Source: Mobula hypostoma (Eukaryota). From it: a stretch of 64,000 nucleotides of DNA. The stretch is from NCBI RefSeq assembly GCF_963921235.1, contig NW_026948219.1:1488001-1552000 (forward strand), written 5' to 3'. Under the pieces are notes generated by a model that did no database searches, was not told the origin of the DNA, and worked only from the letters and a program-made list of their open reading frames with translations. Every line of letters starts with the position of its first letter. The first letter of the stretch is position 1. Shown here piece after piece: positions 61,041-64,000 of the stretch. A program made the translations under genes and the position numbers.

Positions 61041-62954
61041 CTTGTGACACACTACGGGGTTCACACTGGGGAGGAAGTTTCAATAAGCTGCATGCTGGAT
61101 ATTTGTCCATCACCGTTGCTGAATGCAATTTCGAGAGTGACTGTCGGTGCTGAACTCTGCAATTATTGCTGCTGCTCACCACACCCAGTTCTGCACCCTG
61201 GTCACTGGGCATGGGAGGAGTTTCTTCTGCTGCATATTCACCTTTAATGGGACTGGAGGTTAATATTCTGCATCTGTGACAAATAAATCAGTTCTATTTT
61301 AAACTCTGTCTTTGGTACTTTGTGAATTTATTACACAGCTAGTGTACAGTCGAGAGTCAACTCAGTCTGGCTGGACCCGGCCAGTGATTCTGTTCCACGA
61401 AATTCCTTTGAAATCCTCCCCTGTTGTTCATCTCTCGCTCTCCCTGTGGTGATGGCTTCCAGTCACCACTCTGTGGGTGAAGAAATTTCCCTTGAATTTT
61501 TGTGCAGACTGAAGAAGTCAAGTTGACTGCAGTTCTGTCTGAGCTGTTCTTCGCCCCTCTAATCTCTGGGCTGAGGAAGAATGACATTGGTAGTTAACCT
61601 CCTTATTCTGGGCTCATTTGCACATTATGGGTCATTTTCCCTGCTTCTAAATGGTTGTTAGAAAACACCACCGTCCTCTAAAGACTGAAAGCAGAATGGG
61701 AAACCATTAGTTGGATGTTCAACAGAGTAGGGTCAGAAACCAGAGGCGGGTCCGCACGGGGCAGAGTTTGGGGCTCTGGATGATGGTCGGGGTAAGAATA
61801 TGTGATGAGGAGAAGGGAATCAGCAGCGGGGTGTGGCAACGAATGACAGAGTAGCAACATTTGGAAGCTGATTGACAGAGAAAATAATTTGGTTGTCTGA
61901 CTGATGACACAAACAATATCTGGTGTGAGGTGCTCCACTGATCGAGGCACGTGTGTGGTGGGAATGGCTATATCTATTGAGGGAGTTGTTCCTGCTTGTT
62001 TATCCTGTTACGTTATACCCAGATGGTTATTATGGATTGTCCTATCTGAAATAATGTATTGGTTATCTATAGTTTGTGAGATTTTGACTCTAAAACTGGA
62101 ACAGGCTTGAATGTACGGTGCCATGATGAAATGGAGGTCAGTTTGTATTTTAAAGCAAGATTCTGGTCAATGATATTTGCCACTTGATTGTAATCAAATT
62201 GAGTTCAACTGCTGCAGGATCGTGGAATGTGTTGGAATGTGTCTGGTTTCTCTTGTTATTCCCTGCATTTATTCCCCTGTTTGTTTGTATTGTACAACGT
62301 TTGCATGTAGTTTTGATTTTTTTCTTATTTTTGTTAACCACCTTGTCCTGTATTTCTGCAAGGAACCCCTGTTTCTGGGAAGAGGTCTCCAACTCTCAGT
62401 CAGGTGCTCGATGCTTCCTTGTCAACATCTGGTCTGCTCAGATCGTTGGGATGTCTCCCATGGAGGGTCAAACTCATTCCACTGGTTAATGTTTTCTTCC
62501 ATAGTGATGATTCATTTTTCTGAGTGGGCCTCTCATTTAAGTTTTCTAGTCTGTATTTTATTGCATATGCTGAATCCTGTACATTTTTGATGAAAATATA
62601 TACTTAGAAGCTTTATCTGACTGTTGAGTGTTTTTTTTTTCATGTGTGTTATTTCTCTTCCTCCTTCTGTCCAAGGCAGTGTTAATCTAAGTGGGTCTGT
62701 GTGTAAATAGTCTTTTCTAAAGTTCTTACTTTTCTTTGTGTATTTTACTGATTGAAATGGGACCAAGATATTTCTATAAAAAAATTCAATGTCGGTATTG
62801 ATGAAAGAAGTACTTGCTTTTGTTGTGTTTGTTAACTACTGAGCTCTGTTTGACAGGTTTTTTTAAGCCTTGAACGAAATTTTCTCAAAGTTTTTTTCCC
62901 TATTTCGCAGTACTTTCTACTTTCTTTGCTTGTTGATATTCCAGATACGTGGGT

Positions 62955-63090
62955 ATCAAGAGTCCCGATGAAGGATCTTGACCCGAAATGCTGATTCCCA
63001 TCCATAGATACTGCCTGAAATGTTGAGCTCCTCCAGTACTTTGTGTGTAGTTCTCTAGATTTCTAGCATCTGCAGGTCCTCTTGTTTCCC
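62955..63090 (+). mobile_element. Penelope-like short repeat with degenerate hammerhead core
   Basis: 'agtcCCGATGAaggatcttgacccGAAAtg...catagatactgcctg...tcctccagtactttgtgtgt'. Confidence 0.55.
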
Positions 63091-63124
63091 AGATGCTAAC
63101 AAGTTTCTTGAAAGAACAAGCTGG

Positions 63125-64000
63125 TAGTGGGGTTGTGTGGCTCTGTTGGTAAAATATTAAATAAAATCATTAGAAAGAGGTGGCATAGGGTTGGAAGGGG
63201 TAGAATCTGTGGGTAGAATTAAGGAACAGCAAATGTAAAAAAAAAAAAAATCCCTGATGGGAATTGTATGGAGACCTCCAAACAGCAGTAAGTATGTAGT
63301 CCACAAATTACAATGGGAGATAGAAAATGCGTGCCAAAAGGGCAATGTTACAATAGTCATGGGGGATTGTCATGCAGGTGATTAGGAAAATGAGGATGGT
63401 ATTGGTCTCAAGAGGAGGAATTCCTAGAATGCCAACAAGATGCTTTTTTGGAGCAGCTCGTGGTTGAGCCCACTTGGGGATCAACTATTCTGGACTGGGT
63501 GTTGTAATGAACTGGAATTAATTAGGTCACTTAAGTTGAAGGAACCCTTAGCGACAAGTGATCTTAATATGATCAAATTCACCCTGACATTAGAGAAGGA
63601 GAAGCTAAAATCAGATGTGGAATAAAGAGAATTGGAGAGGCATGAGAGAAACATTGGTCAAAATTGATTTGAAATGAACACGGGCAGGGATGAAACACAG
63701 TGCAGCAATGGCTGGAATTTCTAGAAGCAATTCAGAATGCAGGGGATATAGACATCACAAAGAGGAAGTCGTTTTCTAAAGGTAAGGGGACAAAACGTGG
63801 CTGATAAGAGAAACTAAAGACAACATAAAAATCAAAGAGAGGGCACAGCGCAAAAATTATGAGCAAGTTAGAAGATTGGGAAGCTTTTAAAAACTAACAG
63901 AATGAACAAATAATTTAAAAAAGGAAAAGATGGAATACATAGGTGAGCTAGCCAGTAATATTAAAGAGGATACCAAACTTTTCTTCAGGTACATATAGTG
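63125..64000 (+). mobile_element. Degraded CR1 endonuclease/linker region, running off the window
   Basis: 'ESVGRI', 'GIVWRPPNSS', 'IVMGD', 'LATSDLNMIKF'. Confidence 0.8.

Overview
Eukaryotic, repeat-dense vertebrate DNA. The CR1/Rex1/RTE/Penelope-type repeats, KRAB-less '[13 protein letters not shown]' zinc-finger genes and two-exon GPR139/142-like receptor suggest a cartilaginous fish, probably a ray (inference). From left to right: (1) an internally deleted gamma/epsilon-like endogenous retrovirus (gag remnant, RNase H, integrase, env, 3' LTR at 5000-5465) carrying nested Rex1 and CR1 insertions, antisense-nested in the intron of a leftward gene; (2) a 3.6-kb compound minisatellite next to a CpG-island promoter; (3) two tandemly duplicated C2H2 zinc-finger genes (12 and 9 fingers) with solo LTRs and LINEs in their flanks; (4) a CpG-rich domain holding an intact two-exon class A GPCR whose intron has a 71-bp array of CTCF-like motifs; (5) a third, more diverged 10-finger ZNF gene whose upstream exon encodes a PxDLS (CtBP-binding) peptide. 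The most interesting candidate system is a KRAB-less ZNF cluster in which all three genes share an in-frame TGA 13 codons before the ATG and the same solo LTR in the 3' UTR, plus an uncoupled PMDLS exon in the third gene. All alignments and counts were done by eye and no database search was run. There is no CRISPR, rRNA or tRNA.
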